A stretch of 64,000 nucleotides of DNA from Candidatus Poribacteria bacterium (lineage in GTDB: Bacteria > Poribacteria > WGA-4E > WGA-3G), in contig OZ244048.1 of NCBI GenBank assembly GCA_965215265.1, positions 2,176,001-2,240,000 of the forward strand, in the 5' to 3' direction. The notes under the pieces are model-generated. The model saw only the letters and a program-made list of their open reading frames with translations, searched no databases and was not told the origin of the DNA. The translations under genes and the position numbers were made by a program. Numbering within the stretch: position 1 is the first letter of the stretch; each line of letters opens with the position of its first letter. This document shows positions 61,028-64,000 of this stretch, piece by piece.

Positions 61028-62438
61028 CGTTATCGGCATACCGACATAAATCAATCTCTTCTGCACGCCAATGAACGGTTTGCACCCACTCTTTCTCTTC
61101 TGTCGGTGCCTCAAAATCATCTTTGAAACGAATCGGGAAATAATCAAACTGTACCTCGTAGTTGCCGAGGTTAATGCAGCCGTTGTCCAAGCAGTAGTAA
61201 TTGGCGGCGTTAACGAAGATACCTACCTTAAGAGCTGTTCCGCGCGGTTCGAAATGGAGGGGCAGAATGACTCTGTTCTTCTCAACCCGCTGGACGAAGG
61301 CATTAAATTCTTGCAATTCGGCGTTGAGATTTTTGCAGAGATAGCCGACGTATAGCACGTTAATCAAGGCGAGCATTGTGACGATGCCGGTAAATACCTG
61401 TTTTCCTTTATCGGTATCGCTTTCGCGGAACCAGGCGAATATTGCGAGCGTAGCTAAAATCGCGAGCCTGTCGTTCACCCAGCCCCCGGGGCCGATAGAG
61501 TCTGGCAGTATCAAGTAAAGTCCGAAAAGTACGCTAAATAAAAACAGAAAAGTGCGCTGCCCGGTGGACTCATCGTTGGGGGCATTTCGGTTCTGCCATA
61601 GCGTCCGGACCGTCAGATAAATAAGGATGGCTGTGACAGCGTAGGAAACCCATCTCTGATTTTCGTTGAACGCGATGAGCACCTCCAGGCTAAGAATCTC
61701 TTTTAACAGTTCGCCGACACGCTCGAATCCAATTTCAGGCGGCTCACCTGCTAACAGGTCCGAAGTCGGTAGATAGACAAGTAACAGGAGTGCTGCAGGC
61801 AGCACATAAACCGCTGTCCAGACGATCTGCTTCAGGTTGCTTCTGAAATGGAGCAGCGCGAGGAACGCGATAGAGAATAAGACAAACGCATAAGAGATGA
61901 GGTGCGCAAAATAGGTGAGGACGAGGAGGAAATTCAGTAGGACAGCACGTTTAATGCTCATCTGGCCTTTATGTCGGTACCAATACCCGAGTGCCAAGAA
62001 AAAGAGCGGCACACTCACGGCGAAGTTGTAGAATCCCATCAAAAAGAGGTAGTTGTAGATAAACGTAAAACTAAGGATGACGAGCGAATGTCGTCCCGGA
62101 TGAACTGCGGTAAGAAAATAGCGGATGGCTAACGGAAATAGGATGACGTAGAGGCTCAGGAAGACTTTCTCTGCTATTAACGGCGGGAAGACGAACATTA
62201 GCATCGCTAAAGAGAAGTGCGATAGCCAGTTCGGAAAGGGGTACCAATTGATTTCATAATAGGTGCGAAACTGATATGCAGGGTTGTTGTACTCCGTCAA
62301 AATCTGCGAATTATAGACGTGGCTGACCCCGTCTTGCGTCGGGAAATAAGGGAATAACCAGATCGGTAGTAAGTAGATGACAATTAACACGACTATTAAA
62401 AGTAGGGATTTTTCAGAGAAACGGGAGAAGAATGGCAT
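60909..62438 (-). CDS. polytopic membrane protein, GT-C glycosyltransferase-like
   Basis: P.QDG..H loop after TM1, GFYNF, H motif, about 10 TM helices and a periplasmic C-domain. Confidence 0.65.
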   Translation of the reverse strand: MPFFSRFSEKSLLLIVVLIVIYLLPIWLFPYFPTQDGVSHVYNSQILTEYNNPAYQFRTYYEINWYPFPNWLSHFSLAMLMFVFPPLIAEKVFLSLYVILFPLAIRYFLTAVHPGRHSLVILSFTFIYNYLFLMGFYNFAVSVPLFFLALGYWYRHKGQMSIKRAVLLNFLLVLTYFAHLISYAFVLFSIAFLALLHFRSNLKQIVWTAVYVLPAALLLLVYLPTSDLLAGEPPEIGFERVGELLKEILSLEVLIAFNENQRWVSYAVTAILIYLTVRTLWQNRNAPNDESTGQRTFLFLFSVLFGLYLILPDSIGPGGWVNDRLAILATLAIFAWFRESDTDKGKQVFTGIVTMLALINVLYVGYLCKNLNAELQEFNAFVQRVEKNRVILPLHFEPRGTALKVGIFVNAANYYCLDNGCINLGNYEVQFDYFPIRFKDDFEAPTEEKEWVQTVHWRAEEIDLCRYADNVDYLLLWDTPDEPIVADAIARCYTLIASEGKLKLFKGGR

Positions 62439-62557
62439 CGTTTTTTTCCTTTTAATTTTTTTCGGTTTGCTGCTATAATATTATCACTTGAGAGTTCACT
62501 TTGCAAGTCCTATAGTGCAAAAACAGATTTTGCCGAAATAATTTTTCAGGAGGAACG

Positions 62558-63346
62558 ATGAAATACGTTTCTATGATCGTGTTAGTTTTGTTAATTAATT
62601 TGTGTGGCATTTCCTATGCGGACTTAATGGAAGGCTTGGTTTTGTACATGCCGCTTGATGAAGGTACAGGAACCGCAACACATGATATGTCTGCGAACGG
62701 CTTTGAAGGCGAAGTGGTAGGTGCCGCAGCATGGATTGACGGAAAATTTGGGAAAGCCCTTCACTTTGCTGCCTCAGCAGATCACGTCGTGGTTGAGGAT
62801 GATGCCGCGTTTCATATTGAGGGCGAGATTACACAAGCGGCGTGGGTACAATTAGACCGGCTCCCGAGCGCGCATGCGATTATCTTTGGCACCCGGCAGA
62901 GCGGTGCAACTCGCCATATCGGTTTCGGCTTCGGTATGAATCCTGCCAACGGCATCAAAGTCTGGACAAACGGCGCAGCTGGCGGGTTTAAGGACATCAA
63001 CGATAATGAAACCGAACTCGAACTCGGCAAGTGGTATTATCTCGCTTATACACATACCGATGATAACAACGGATTGGTTGAGATTTACGTTGATGGCGAG
63101 GTGACGTACTCAGAAGAATCAGCGAACCCTGTGGCTCCCGCTGAAAATACCAGCGCGGTGACTATTGGGACCTGGGGCGGTGAGGCCTGGACAGGCAGCG
63201 TCGACGAGGTGCGCCTTTGGAACCGGGCACTCTCAGCAGAGGAGATTAAAGAGAGCATGAACCAAGACGCATCAGCATTCTTGACCCCTGTGGAACCCCA
63301 AGGAAAACTCACTACGACTTGGGCTGGTATTAAGTCCTTCCGGTAG
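62558..63346 (+). CDS. secreted LamG domain protein with conserved C-terminal tail
   Basis: YMPLDEGTG, GKFGKAL.F, W.Y.A.T, Y.DG, DEVRLWNRALS; PVEPQGKLTTTWAGIK. Confidence 0.87.
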   Translation: MKYVSMIVLVLLINLCGISYADLMEGLVLYMPLDEGTGTATHDMSANGFEGEVVGAAAWIDGKFGKALHFAASADHVVVEDDAAFHIEGEITQAAWVQLDRLPSAHAIIFGTRQSGATRHIGFGFGMNPANGIKVWTNGAAGGFKDINDNETELELGKWYYLAYTHTDDNNGLVEIYVDGEVTYSEESANPVAPAENTSAVTIGTWGGEAWTGSVDEVRLWNRALSAEEIKESMNQDASAFLTPVEPQGKLTTTWAGIKSFR

Positions 63347-63483
63347 CACGGATAAGCGCGTTTTCTTAATCTTAATCGTTAGGCGGATGTATCGCGTCGG
63401 AACACGGATAGCATCCGCCATTTCATACTGCATTTTATAGTCACCTGATATAAGCATAGAACCAAACTAAGGAGGAGGTTATC

Positions 63484-64000
63484 ATGAGAAAAATGTTATT
63501 CTGCTTAACCCTCAGTATCGTCCTCGGATTTGCTACTGTTGTAGACGCAATTCGGGATGACCCGGACCTGGTCGTTTACTACTCCTTTGATAAAGATGAA
63601 AAGGACGTCGCGGATGACAGCGGAAACGGGTTTGATGCCGAAATTTCAGCCGCAGATTGGAGCAAGGAAGGTAAGTTTGGCGGTGCTATGGAATTTGATG
63701 GCGCATCGAGTTCTGTTAAAAGCCCGCCAGAGATGCCCGGACTCACCGATGGAGAATTAACGGCGATGACCGTGGAGCATTGGGTGATGATTAACGCGAG
63801 TACCGGAGACACGCAGCAAATTTGGGAAGCGTTAAATGCCGCAGGTGCTTGGCCCGCCGAGACTTTCATCGAAGGGGCCGCTGACATGGTGTTTTACATT
63901 TATGACACCAAAAATACCGAACATCGCACCGCTATACCAGAACCACCGCTCAAAAAGTGGGTACACATTGCAGGCACTTATGATGGAAAAGTTCAGAAGT
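63484..64000 (+). CDS. secreted LamG domain protein (runs off the window)
   Basis: MRKMLF signal, DPDLVVYYSFD, GKFGGAMEFDG, WVHIAGTYDG; GGAGG RBS. Confidence 0.85.
   Translation, partial: MRKMLFCLTLSIVLGFATVVDAIRDDPDLVVYYSFDKDEKDVADDSGNGFDAEISAADWSKEGKFGGAMEFDGASSSVKSPPEMPGLTDGELTAMTVEHWVMINASTGDTQQIWEALNAAGAWPAETFIEGAADMVFYIYDTKNTEHRTAIPEPPLKKWVHIAGTYDGKVQK

Overview
A 64-kb chromosomal window from a diderm bacterium, probably Candidatus Poribacteria or a relative. This is an inference from the several PhyH dioxygenases, a sulfatase and secreted LamG proteins sharing a C-terminal 'VEPxGKLTTTWxxLK' tail. Core content: ogt (partial), mfd followed by two PPIase-like genes, surA and lptD, alpha-2-macroglobulin/pbpC, a yceD-rpmF-fabH-fabD-fabG-acpP-fabF-folK cluster without plsX, hom, tRNA-Pro(GGG) and thiO-thiS-thiG. 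The most unusual items are: (1) an LptD carrying a ~490-aa insert of three apparently nested parvulin domains inside its barrel; (2) a dispersed family of ~60-bp CGAGATTT...AKACRAAAA units radiating from palindromic cores and abutting several truncated genes; (3) a second repeat family with exchangeable internal hairpins, also embedded in two inverted ~500-bp IS-derived MITEs; (4) a putative C-terminal sorting signal on unrelated secreted proteins; (5) a cytochrome P460 paired with a di-heme beta-barrel. No CRISPR array, rRNA or prophage was seen. All calls come from reading the sequence; no searches were run.
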